DNA from: Basidiobolus meristosporus CBS 931.73
Taxonomy: Eukaryota > Fungi > Basidiobolomycota
DNA: 57,783 bases
Direction of reading: 5' to 3'
NCBI GenBank assembly: GCA_002104905.1
Contig: MCFE01000562.1
Span: 1-57,783 of the forward strand
Part shown: piece by piece, positions 1-11,508 of the stretch
Layout: each line of letters starts with the position of its first letter
Position numbering within the stretch: the stretch's first letter is position 1
Notes under the pieces: model-generated
Seen by the model: only the letters and a program-made list of their open reading frames with translations
What the model was told of the DNA's origin: nothing
Databases searched by the model: none
Position numbers and translations under genes: made by a program

Positions 1-1750
1 TGCAAACTATATGTGGAATAGCCACAATAGTAGTGGGTAGGCACATAATTTGGGGTGATTTTATGATGGAATATATGAATTTCACAAGGGGAGGTAGAAA
101 AAGGAAATATGATTTGGTAAATTGGTACTGTAGCATTGTACAGCCATTTTAATGCCAATAGATATCTGTATAAAGGCCATCAAAATACCACCAATCTTTT
201 CTCATATATGGCATATATATTTACTGGCCACTTGGGTCTGCCTATATTAATGTAGACTGCAATAAAATAGTCAGAATGCTGTTTTCCATTGAAGAACCAC
301 ATCAACACCTTCAAGTTACCTACCTATTTAGCAGTAGAATCAGCAAAACACTGTTGCAATCCAGTCATAAGATTGTAAAGAGGGTCAATAATTCCAGGCT
401 GCCAGCATTATGAGAGGCTTATTGCAAGATCCTGATGGCTGATCCTGATTGAATCTACCTACAGAACCAAATTATTTTTCATAGGGAGTAAAGCTGAGCT
501 CTATAATGATGGATATAACCCTGAAAGCTGTATGCAGTCCAGGTCTACTCTAAATGGACACACAAAGCAACCTTGCCAATTTGGGATTTGCAAGAAATAG
601 TTAGTAAACAGCACTGGGAAGCTTTTTTGACTTCAATAGCACTTCAAGGTCATAGACTCAGAAAACTGTTTTACAGGCTTAAGCATGGTGTAAAAAGACT
701 ACACATGTCTGGAGGAGATTGGGTTCATTTGGAGCATTGGGGATCACAGTGTTTATATGAAACAGCTCAAGTTGGGCTAATTATGCTTGGTCTGTATGTG
801 AGCAACCTAAAAACATTCATAAGCTACAAGAAGGCCCTCAAACAGACAAAATCAAATCTGTTCAGCAAATTCAAGATGATGCCTCATGTTAAATATAAGA
901 TCTAGAACTCATCTGATTCTCAGCTCATATTGTGCTATTATTCTGATAGTATATTGCAGGTATTGAACCAGTGGTCTGCAATCAAATTTTCAGTTACTAT
1001 CTGGCACACTGTGATACTATTTGCACTTAATGTGGCACAATCCAGTGGAAAAAGTCTTATTCTCTCATATACAGATGATAAGTCTATATATGCTATTACT
1101 AACATAGTGAGGAAGGTTGATACCAGCTGGTTAATGATATAGTAGCAATATGCAGTAAAGGCAGAATGCTGGTGTAAGTCTGACATAAAGCAATAAGAAG
1201 CCTATTGACACACAATCAAAATGCTATCATGTTTTTGCCATATTATTCATTCTAGATTTACAAGCTAGCTGGGTACCCCTTAGGATATTGATAGTTATAA
1301 GCCTAGAGAAGCTTAAGAATCTGTCAACAATAAGACAATATTCTGCTGGTCATCAGGTATTTTCTCCCTTATTACCAGTAACATTGAATGTACCATAATC
1401 TTCAACATTATGAATAGGTTTGTACAGCAATATCATATGTATTGGAGCACTAAAGCACTATGTATGCAAGGTGTAATGGTCACAAATTAATATATATGGC
1501 AATACACATGTTTGTGTTCTCATGAATGTAATACTCTAGTGGATTTACAAGTCTTAAATACCATTAGAATACCAGCTGATTATCAGAAGAGTTTCAAGTT
1601 TGAGGTTCTTCATAGGGATACATCTGCATGTCTGCCTAATAACTAGTCCTGAGATATTTAGAGCTGAAAGTTTAGAGAAACCGGAGTTCCACTGATATTA
1701 TAATAATATTCAGCTGGCCTTTTGATCAATGAATGTGCATAGGTATGTAA
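1..1750 (+). mobile_element. Degenerate DNA-transposon relic, 3' part of the same CACTA/En-Spm-like family as the 8.0-11.2 kb element
   Basis: Aligns by eye to the reverse complement of ~8280-9480. At ~150-215 it reads LMPIDICIKAIKIPP versus IMPKELCIKAVKTPS on the minus strand near 9350. Nucleotide blocks at 344-440 and 1610-1700 match 9090-9190 and 8290-8390. Almost no CG dinucleotides and many stops. Boundaries approximate; runs off the left edge. Confidence 0.55.
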
Positions 1751-4526
1751 AGAATAAAAGCAGTTCCAAAGTTTATTAGGAACACAATGCTTCCAGAGAA
1801 GTCAAGGTAATTGAGACATCAAGTTCATTCTAATGAGTGTACGTACTAATTTATCCCTTTTTGCTGCACCATGTTCATCTATCACATATGTTTACTAATA
1901 GAACGTAGCATAAATAGGCGCCCTACTACTCCATCATTTAAAATGATCACCATGCATTACATCAGGCCATGCAACTGATGGTACTAAAGCAGGATATTTG
2001 CATGCATTGCCAACACATCAGACATATCCAGGCCCATCGCGATGTCAATCTATACAGAAACTGCTGAGATCCTGAGCAACCAGATTTTAATGAGGGGGAA
2101 GATTTCCCACCAAAAGGCACTAATTCGCGGATTCCGTAGATAGCCTAATACTTTCTATTTTGCGGTCTAGATAGTATTCGCAAGTGCCTGAAGTGGGCAC
2201 CATATGCTTATGGACCTAGACCGCGAAATGATTGCTGCTAGTTGTGGAATCATGGAAATCCATTTGAAGAATCGCCAGGACTTTATGGACAGCATTGGAC
2301 AGGTAGCCTGTCGGAGTGGCTAGTAGGTGGCGCCAAAAATGGACACCAGCAAGAACTCCGAACCAACCATAGGCCCTGAAGCATCACATGGGCGCCCTCT
2401 TTGTATAGCTCTACGGTGAATGGGATGGAGATCCGAGGTATTTTTAGAACCAGATGGGTCAGGCGCACTCAACGCTACACACTTAGCTAACGTGACAAAC
2501 GCACCATGATATATAGCAGGTCCAGCAGCAGCCCCATCGCATCGCTTATTATCGAATTGTTGTGAGGAATGATTAGGCGGGAATCGCAGTGCATCACGGC
2601 ACCACTGGTACACACTGGTAGTTGCTGCATGACACTGGGATTCGTCTGGACAGTGGATGTCAACAAGCCGTATGAGGATTGATTGGAAACTTCGCATTGT
2701 GCATCTGTGGCATCGGCTAATGATTGCTCATGGTTTGTATGTTCATGTCAAATCATCCCTGCTTCCCCCATCCAACGGCGATTACATTCTATTTCTGAAA
2801 CGTTTCAGTTCAGGGCCTCTGAATGGCCAGGAGTAGCCCTCCATTCCGGAATCATCCCAGATGGCTAGCCGATTCCGGAAGATCTCCTTGGAGCCTGGTG
2901 ACCGAAGGATCACAATCCAACTCATCAAGCAGTGGAATCATGGGGAGCCAACACGAGGATCGCATGTGTTGACAACATAGATGGTTTCCGGGTAGTGCAA
3001 TACAGCAATGACGTATCGCTTGTGATGGAGCCAAAGGAGTTGAATCAACTGATTGTTCGTGATCAATCAACAACCGAGCTAATTAATGCACGTAATGAAT
3101 AGCCCCATCCCAATGCTTTTCCAAGACTACGAAGCGTAAACAATGACTGTTTGGGATGGTCGACCTCTGGCTAAGCCTAAAACCGAGAATGGCTCAGCTG
3201 GATGGATGTTTTACCTAAATCCCCATCCCCGACACCGTTGCCGTTGCTGTCCCCATGTTGAGCAATTGTTGATGCTCTGCCTTTCTCCGACCAAGAATGA
3301 TACACGTTGTGCGTCCGGGTCTGCTCTTGGGCACGACGCCGTTTCATCGTTTGCGATGCAAAGATCGGGCGCATAATATTCAGTCGACAAGTGTGGTTCC
3401 AATTTAATCACTAGTTACACGTCCATTTAGTCCGAATTAGGTCATTGGAGGGTGGGAACCTGGGCGTCACGTGCGCAGCGGGAGTAGGAGAATGAGAAAT
3501 TTCTGTTTATGACTGTTTTGACGACCTTGTGACTGGGATTTTGAGGGGAGGCTGACCTTGAAGATGCCTGGAGATGCATTTGCAAGGTGTTAGTTGCGTG
3601 CAATCTCTTGAGGTGCGCGGGATCTAACGATTCAATGGCCCATTTCAGTTATCTCCAAACTGTTGCTTATCTTGTCGGGAGACGACACCTGGGATTGGGA
3701 ATGGAAATAAGCATATTCGTCATGGGATGTTTGAGCTGATGCAAGTCCAATAATCGGAGAACTGGGTTCGTCATTGAACTCTAAAACCCGCGCTTACCGG
3801 TGTGTCTAGCTTTTGCTCGTGGTTTGATAGGCAAGGAATGTGTCCTCAAGCTTGGGTAACTCTACGGTGCAACGGGTGTGCTGCAGGCCATTGTAGGACT
3901 TCCCGCTGCCCTGCCAATACACATTGGCGCGGCTCTTGCCACTGATGATGCCCACGGACGCCGCGTATTGCCATCTCGCAATGGCGCACATGTTTAACCC
4001 ATCACAGTAACCCAAAAGGCTATCATCATCCTATGCACGATGTGATCACACCATTTCAAATGGTGGTTATCTTTAGAACTCCAAGCAGGATTACCAAATG
4101 CGAGCGGTCTATTGCGGAATCTGAATCTTGACTACATTGGCTGATTACAGGCTCTGGTTGGTTGGATGGCAATTTTGGTCAGATGGGTAAAGTTTCAGGA
4201 GAGATAGTGGCCAGCAGCAAGGGCATGGTCTCATAGGCTTGTGCCCACCGAAAGGTATATAAGTCGGCCCTCGACACGCCCAACTCGTTACTGTCCGGTT
4301 CTTTTCTATTTTCCTTCACCTTCTTCCTCTTGCTCGATAAATTTTGACTTTAGAAACTGCGATAATGGCCTACTAGACTGTTTGTTTCGCTCAGCAATCC
4401 CTCGTATTTCCTCCCTAATTGCGACCACCTTACTCTACGATAATTCCTTCTGAAGAAAGAATTTCGATCCAACCAAGCACCATTTTTCCCCTACCGAAAT
4501 ATCATGAAGCGCTTAACAAGTCCTCT

Positions 4527-5330
4527 ATGCCCTCGGCGTCCTTTTTATCTACACCACAGCAACTGCCATCACCGCTCAAGTTCCACGTTTCGTCTCCGAA
4601 CGTATTTCCTCCGCGACTAAACAACCCACCACCTGACATGGCTGCCGACTACCCTGGCTCTGACTTGGGGGATAGCCAGTGCTCTCCTCCCACCGACAGC
4701 GCCCCTTATTATGAAGATGTATATTATCACCTATACGCTATATCGCAAAAAAAACTTGTGTCCATTACCGAATCACGAATAGATCTAGGAGTTCGTAAAG
4801 CAGTTCTAATCAACAATTTATTCCGCACCCTCCCACCGTCAGCCGCCTCAGAAATGATCATGACCGACTCCAACGATACGGATGATGAGTCCGAGTCCGT
4901 CCCGTCTATCGATATGGAGGAGCAATCCTGGTTTGACTCATGTTTGGAAGACCTGCATGACGATGACGATGATTTCGACAACTCTGATGACGAGATGGAG
5001 TGGTCTTGGTCGTCAGGCAACGTTCAAGGAGACTCCTTCATGGACTATGATCACACTCCGCAGAACCACTCTTCGCCATGTTTCCTGCACCAATCGAAGG
5101 AGGGGTATCAGGTGGTTGGTGACCCGCGCCTCCGCAGCTCCATGGGTGCGTCTAAGCCGGGGCCCAAGTCTCTTGCCACCTCCCATCAGGAGAAGCAGGC
5201 CTACCTATCAAGATACTTTTGCAGAGACGGCACGGTCCCTTCGAACGAAGCGCACAACAGCAGGATATGGTCTGGTAATTCGGGGAAGTTCTCCTTGGGC
5301 TGCTATTCCAACCATCTATTTTATTTGTGA
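4527..5330 (+). CDS. SERTA-like domain protein with acidic region (putative transcriptional co-regulator)
   Basis: Open frame 4419-5330; first ATG at 4527, alternative at 4638. Segment LYAISQKKLVSITESRIDLGVRKAVLINNLFRTL (4731-4832) matches the SERTA pattern IS..KL...L.K.VLINN..R and is followed by a D/E-rich tract. The 3' end might be spliced. Confidence 0.65.
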   Translation: MPSASFLSTPQQLPSPLKFHVSSPNVFPPRLNNPPPDMAADYPGSDLGDSQCSPPTDSAPYYEDVYYHLYAISQKKLVSITESRIDLGVRKAVLINNLFRTLPPSAASEMIMTDSNDTDDESESVPSIDMEEQSWFDSCLEDLHDDDDDFDNSDDEMEWSWSSGNVQGDSFMDYDHTPQNHSSPCFLHQSKEGYQVVGDPRLRSSMGASKPGPKSLATSHQEKQAYLSRYFCRDGTVPSNEAHNSRIWSGNSGKFSLGCYSNHLFYL

Positions 5331-7999
5331 TGTGCTGGTGAGGGCGAGGTCCAGCTAACTCCTAACGTACTCCATTGCTACTTATCACGGACACAACATC
5401 CAAGTAAATCTCTTCTAGGTCTTCTTTTTATTGTTTAGCACTGTTTTATTTCGTATAAGAGCATTACAGTATTTCTTGATTTTCATCTTTCTGTAGAACC
5501 ACCACACAACTAAATTCCGTCCTTAAACTCGCTTCAGTTTTTGAAAATGTATTCAATTATTTTACCACCCACTGTGAACAAAGCCGTACACCAGCACCCC
5601 TTTGAAACTATTGCGCCAGAAAGAATATAAATACACTCTTTAATTAGAGCCACCCGAGTCCTTCCTGAGTTTATCTTCCACGAATGGCTCTAGCTCTCGT
5701 AACCTTTCAACCTAACTCCCATCCTTAACCCACCCTGATCGAGGTCCTCCCATCCGTGAGGTAGGGGGGACAATAGTAAAGCCCCTGTTGCTGAATGTTT
5801 GTAAGGACCGCGATGTGACTGCATTCCTGGACACACGCCTAATGCCCGGCGCTGTCGAGTGACCGTCACTGGGTTTGTCAAAAATCGGAGTTTGCGCGGT
5901 GGATGCAGCGTGACTAAACAAAGATAATAGGTTTGTCATCGTGACATGGCCTTGCTTGCTTCTGGGAAGGTACCATTTCCCGACCGATCCACCAATCCCG
6001 ATGAGACGGTGCGATGGATGGCTTTCGTCGATTGAAATAAGCTCATCCGCTTCACGACAGGGGTAGTCACTTGGATCCTGTGGCGGGATCACTCATATCT
6101 AGGTCCCATTGCCTCATCGGGATGCTGCTAGCATCCATTCCCTATCCCCTCCGAGCCAGGTCACCTGACCAGATGCGTGACAAGAGATGACGGAGTCTGC
6201 GGGATTGACCAGCTGAAACCCGAGCTTCAATCATTGCTGATACAAGGGATTAAGGTTAGATGACGCTAGACTGAGTGGCCAACATGGGCGATGGATCCGA
6301 GATCCTAGAAAGAACGTGCCCTATCTCTCGCTGCAATCCGCGCATAGCCGGGCCTTGTGATTCACGCCTCAAGCAAAGGGCTGGTTGCTGATCTGTAATC
6401 ACAATTCGCCCCAATCGCCATATACTAGGGTAGAGAAAATCCTCGGATCGTGATCAGCTCCCCCTGACATCGTCATGGGCAACATCAGACACGCAACCCA
6501 CCTTCGCAACTTCAAACCTAGTCAAACAGCAACCGCCCTTCCCTTCCCTCTCCTAAGCAGTCCGGGATGTCGAGGATCGCCTTAATCAGGAGGACTTTTC
6601 GTCCGCATTGGCTGGACGGATCCGGGATTGATAGGAATGGTTACCAATCGTGGCTAGCTGCCCACCCACTTTGAGCAATACGGAGACTTCAAGTTGTACA
6701 GCCGTTGGGTGGACTGCCAGTTCCCTGTTTTGCCAGTCACATCTCTAGGTTTACCCTCTCCCCCAATCAAAGGCCTCTTACCGGATTACACCAGCTTCAC
6801 TAAATTGCTTGGTTAGAAGGGGCAATTCTAGCCATCTGTTATCAATGAAACCAACCATCGTTCAGACTATCATTAACTTAATGAATCGAACTCCTGATAG
6901 CATCTATAGATAGGTCATTTGGACGATCATCTTGGCCATTCATAGAAACTAGCCCATGACATACGGCGGATGAGCCTGGATGGAAGTCGCCCTCCCACAT
7001 GTGCTCTTCGGTCGGGTTTCCAGCGGTACGCAAGTAAGCTAGCCAGTTGCTCACTCGCTCTAACTCGGCATGCCTACCCCCAAGGGTGACGAATGCTCTC
7101 CCTATCGAGAGGGCTGGCATGTGTGCCCTCGGCCTTGGCTATTCTGAATCCCTGTTGGCGGTTTGAACTATTGGTTGATCCTCCGATTAGAAGATTTGCG
7201 ATTTAGCCCGGGGTAGAAATCTCACTAGTTCACGACATATTTGTACCGGCTCATGTGGCAATGGGCACTGTGCTTTCCTACACCGTATGGTGGGGGATGT
7301 CAAACCCATGGTTGCCCCCTGGGAGCTGCGGGATTTGACGCACACAAGTGTATTACAATCACTGGAAGCTCGTTGACAACGATGCCCCCGGAAGCCAAAG
7401 TAATGATGAATTTCCTGTCATTGGTAACGTGACTTGAATGATACCAATCTCGTGAGCGCTTTACAACTGGTTTCGCAGCATCGTCCCTGCGAAAATACAT
7501 TGGTCTTACCTACTTGGTTCATTCTATTGAATATGTTTATCATGAATAGCAGCAGCATGGGTCATTGTCAGATGATGCTTGGTTCTCGATTTTCCTAATT
7601 GTCAGGATCATACATGAACCAAATGTGCAATTGCTCATTCCTCTTGTGTGTCCCAATTCATCACCTGGCTCTTTTGTATCTTTCTTTAAATACATCTCGA
7701 GTTCATTGTTAAATCGGCCGGTTAAATGACCAATGGTAAGGTGTTACAGAGTCTGGGAAATATTTCGAACTAATATGACGGACCTGGGCGTTGGTTTGAT
7801 ATTCAAACGTAGACTGGCCTCTGGTAAAGAAATTCTAATTCCTGATTAAGGACTCCTGCAGCGCGGTATACCAAGAATTTGACCAAGCTGACTAGTTTGG
7901 TACTAGTTACCTTCATGCCCAAATCTGTTAAATTTGGTGAGAGAAGACTAGGTTTTTGTTGTGTACTACAAATAGCTAGCTTTCCCGCAAACTAGTTAC

Positions 8000-10900
8000 A
8001 AGCAAGGATTTCTTGATAATGTAACCAATGGCATTCCAATCGGTTCTCATACATGTATACTGAGATCATATAGAATGCTTCACTTCCTGGTGTATTGGCA
8101 AGTTGGACAATTATATTGACATGTCAGGGATAGTAAGAGTTTTAAAGGTGTGCATGTGTTTTACTATTAAGTTATACTTACAATGTCATTTGCTTTGCAC
8201 AAATATCAAGGGTGAGCAATATTGTAGTAATAATAAGTTAACCATACCCTAAGAAAAAAAGTTAAGAAAAGGCCCATTAGAATACCCTCATATTATCAGC
8301 TGAATTCCAGGTTTCTCAAAACTGATAACTCTCAATATCTCAGGTATTAGCTATTTGGCAGACAAGCAGACATATTTTCCTGGAGGAGACTAGGCCAGCT
8401 AATAATTGGTTGAATTTCAAGCTTGAGATTTTTCATAGGTCACAGTGGTGAATATCCCTATGAAAGATCACAAACTTGGAATTCATCTGACCTTCAGCTG
8501 GTATTCTGCTGGCATTCCAATGGTACTTTGCTCATATAGCTGGTGCTTTCTCCGCATATTATCAGTTGCAATTTTTGGCAGAAGTGGTCATCAGCTGATT
8601 ACCAAGTTTAGTCTGAATGCAAGTTGGCCTAATCTCCTCCAGGAAAATATATCTGCTGTTATGCCTAACAGCCAATACCTGAGAAATTGAGAATTGTCAT
8701 TTTTGAGAAACTTGGAATTCAGCAAACATTATGATGGTATTTTGCTGGCCCTTTCTCAATTTTTTTTCTCAGGGATTTGTTTTGGGTATCTCTGAAGCAA
8801 GCTCAATCAAAGCAAGCTTACTTATTGGGTCATAGACAAACAACTTCCATGCTACATGTCAGGCTCCAAGCAGTGGTACAAATATTATCAAGTCAACTTG
8901 TTGAGCTTTGGAACATACATCCAAATCAGAGATTCAATGACAAACATATGCATGCTCAAAGCACCCACTCCTTTATTGTATCTACCCTTAGTGTATTAGA
9001 GTGCCCCAGTATTCCAATAAGTGCCATCTAGTGCCCAAATAGGGCATCATCAATACATTTACCCTTTGAAGAATGAATTGGTCCTGCTGTCAGGATCCTA
9101 CATTGAGGCCATCATAATGCCAGCAGCTTGGAAGTATTTACACCCTACACAATCTTTTGGTAGGATTATGATGGTGTTTTGCAGCTTTTACTACCAAATA
9201 GAGTTATAATGTCAACAGTGTTTTAATGGTCGTTTGGCAAGACTTTCACAGCATTTCTATGTTCTTCATTTGGTCTACATTCATTTGAGCAGACAAAGTT
9301 GACTAATATATGTAACTCCTTATATGGCAAGAAACAGGATGGTGTTTTAACAGCCTTGATGCAGAGCTCTTTTGGCATTATCACAGCAGTACAGAGGCCT
9401 ACAGCCAGTCCTGTATAATTCTGCTGTACCACTTTAGTAAATACTATTTCATTTTTCTGCCTCATCTTAATGCCAATATATTCTTTCTCCCTGCTGCAAT
9501 CTAAGGCCCCACATTGGTGCACTCTGGTTCTTGTTTGTGCAAATGCCATATTGAATGGTGCAGAAATTAGCTTGTGCCTAAGAGAAACTTGGCATGCTTT
9601 GGAAAGTTATCCTAATAAAAATCAGTTGCTTGTTGCATTTCACCCAATCTTCCATTAATTGACAGATTACCCATGCATCTGAGCAGCTTAGCTTCTTAAT
9701 TCCAAAGGCATAGGGGTCTCCATTTGCACATCTGGGCTCAGTATTCTCCAACTTCTGCTGGTGGTCCTCCATATGCCAATTCATCACATCCATGATGGGC
9801 CTGAAGGCAATAATCTTGATGAAATTGGAGTATGGTGGGATTTGCAACTTGACTTGTCTTCCTATCTTGCCACACATGCATCTCATAGGAAACTCCCAAA
9901 AGGTGAAGTAAGGTTCAACATTCTCCACATGCAGAGTAAGATGAAGTAGAAAATGTTTACAGTAGAAGCATTGATCTACAGGTATGCCTTTGTACATGTA
10001 GGATAGTAGCTCAAATCTGGTCACAAGCCCATTACATAAATGCTGTAACTATGTTAAATTGACATTGTGATGCATGTCATGATTACATGACATCCCTGAC
10101 CTTTCATAATCTGACCAAACCAAATTGTTAAAGACATTCCAGTTACCTCTAGAACATTTTGTCACATTTTAGCAATTTCATGCAGGCTTCAAGTCCATGT
10201 AACACAATAGATCACTCTATGGAAGCTTCCCACTGGAATTTATGTAGTCAATGCCATATATGGCATTCACATATCCCATCATCTAGTCACATGCTCAACT
10301 AACCCCATGCATATCCCCATGTGGTGTTCTAGTCTGCTCTTTAGTATGTTTCTATCATTGAACACTTACTGTGCCTCACCCCAGAACCCCATCAGTATTG
10401 CCAATATCTCTTGGCATCCATATTGCAAAAAAGTATTTATAATCTTACCCCCCCTTTTGTATTCCTTGGTCTAATAAACACAGGACTTGAATAGGCATCC
10501 TTGCCTTGGAATCACCCTTGCCTTGTTGATCCAAACTCAAGTCCCTTCCTGGTTCTGCCTTGCCTAGCACTACTCTCCTGCCTTGTGTTCATTCATAATA
10601 ATACACTTCTGGATAATTATTCCCAAAATATCAACATATGACTCCCAATGTTTTCAATGTGCGCAAGGTAAAAATAGCTTTCCAGCTTTGCTGCAACTAC
10701 ATGCTGGCTTCTGTACATTTTCAGTGGGAAGATGATCCTCCTAGTGTTGGTTTCTGGATGATAATTATGTGTATCAGTTACAGGGCAGGTATTCTAGATC
10801 TCACATATTCAATAGTAATACGCTGTGTTATGTGCTGAAAAGCAAGCTATCTTGTGGATTGCCAAGTTATCTCCAATGCAGGCAATAATTTGCTCTTTAA

Positions 10901-11161
10901 CATGATGGCCATTTACTATTATCCTGCTGGATAGCATATAATACATCCAGCAATGGATACAAGTAGCCACCTAGGTTGGTTGGTTAATTGTGCCCAGATA
11001 TCTATGAGACTACCATCACATCTCTGCTCTGATACTGTAAGATGGACAGCAGATTCAGGTTGATGAGAATTAGCAGCCAGCAGGATTTGCTGATAGAGTA
11101 CCTGTTCAATGTGAATCCATCAAGCACCAAGGCAAAGGCATGGCCATATATACCTTCAAGG
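8000..11161 (-). mobile_element. Degenerate CACTA/En-Spm (CMC) transposon, transposase core and 3' part
   Basis: Minus strand from 11161 reads LEGIYGHAFALVLDGFTLNRYSISKSCWLLILINLNL...PTNLGGYLYPLLDVL, then in a shifted frame IIACIGDNLAIHKIACFSAHNTAYYY*ICEI. These correspond to the En/Spm Transposase_21 DG, WP..L.N.NLP, YL.PL.DEL and GD.PA..K...F.GH...C..C motifs. CpG-depleted, with stops and frameshifts. No CACTA terminus identified; left boundary approximate. Confidence 0.7.
8271..8751. repeat. Imperfect inverted repeat (~130-bp arms, 8271-8400 and 8622-8751) near the 3' end of the CACTA-like element
   Basis: Reverse complement of 8271-8400 (agctggcctagtctcctccaggaaaatatgtctgc...gagaaacctggaattcagc) matches 8622-8751 (agttggcctaatctcctccaggaaaatatatctgc...gagaaacttggaattcagc). 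Confidence 0.8.
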
Positions 11162-11508
11162 TGTTGTAAAAGTTTGTAATTCCACCTAAATATTCACCTA
11201 ACTTAGTCACTTAGATCATTACCACCATATCCTAGAGAATACTGACCAAAATCCTTGTTGGGATTTACTTAGAATATCTTCACCAAAGTATTGGATACCC
11301 AGAACATGAAACTTCTCAAAGTTGCTCAATCAACCCTAAACTTTGCACACATGTTCTTGCAACCTTCCTAAACTTACTCTATGCACTTGTTATGCTAAGA
11401 CCATGTAAAAGTATAAATACTACTTTTCATTCAACAAATCATTAAGGGAAACCACATAGTCTACTTGATCTCCCAATCACCTTCAATATCTCCGAGACAC
11501 TTAAAACA
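11162..11508 (+). repeat. 5' LTR of Copia copy A (347 bp)
   Basis: Starts TGTTGTAA, ends AACA immediately before the PBS; homologous to 15387-15678 and, in reverse, to 15681-16029 and 20388-20737. Confidence 0.9.
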
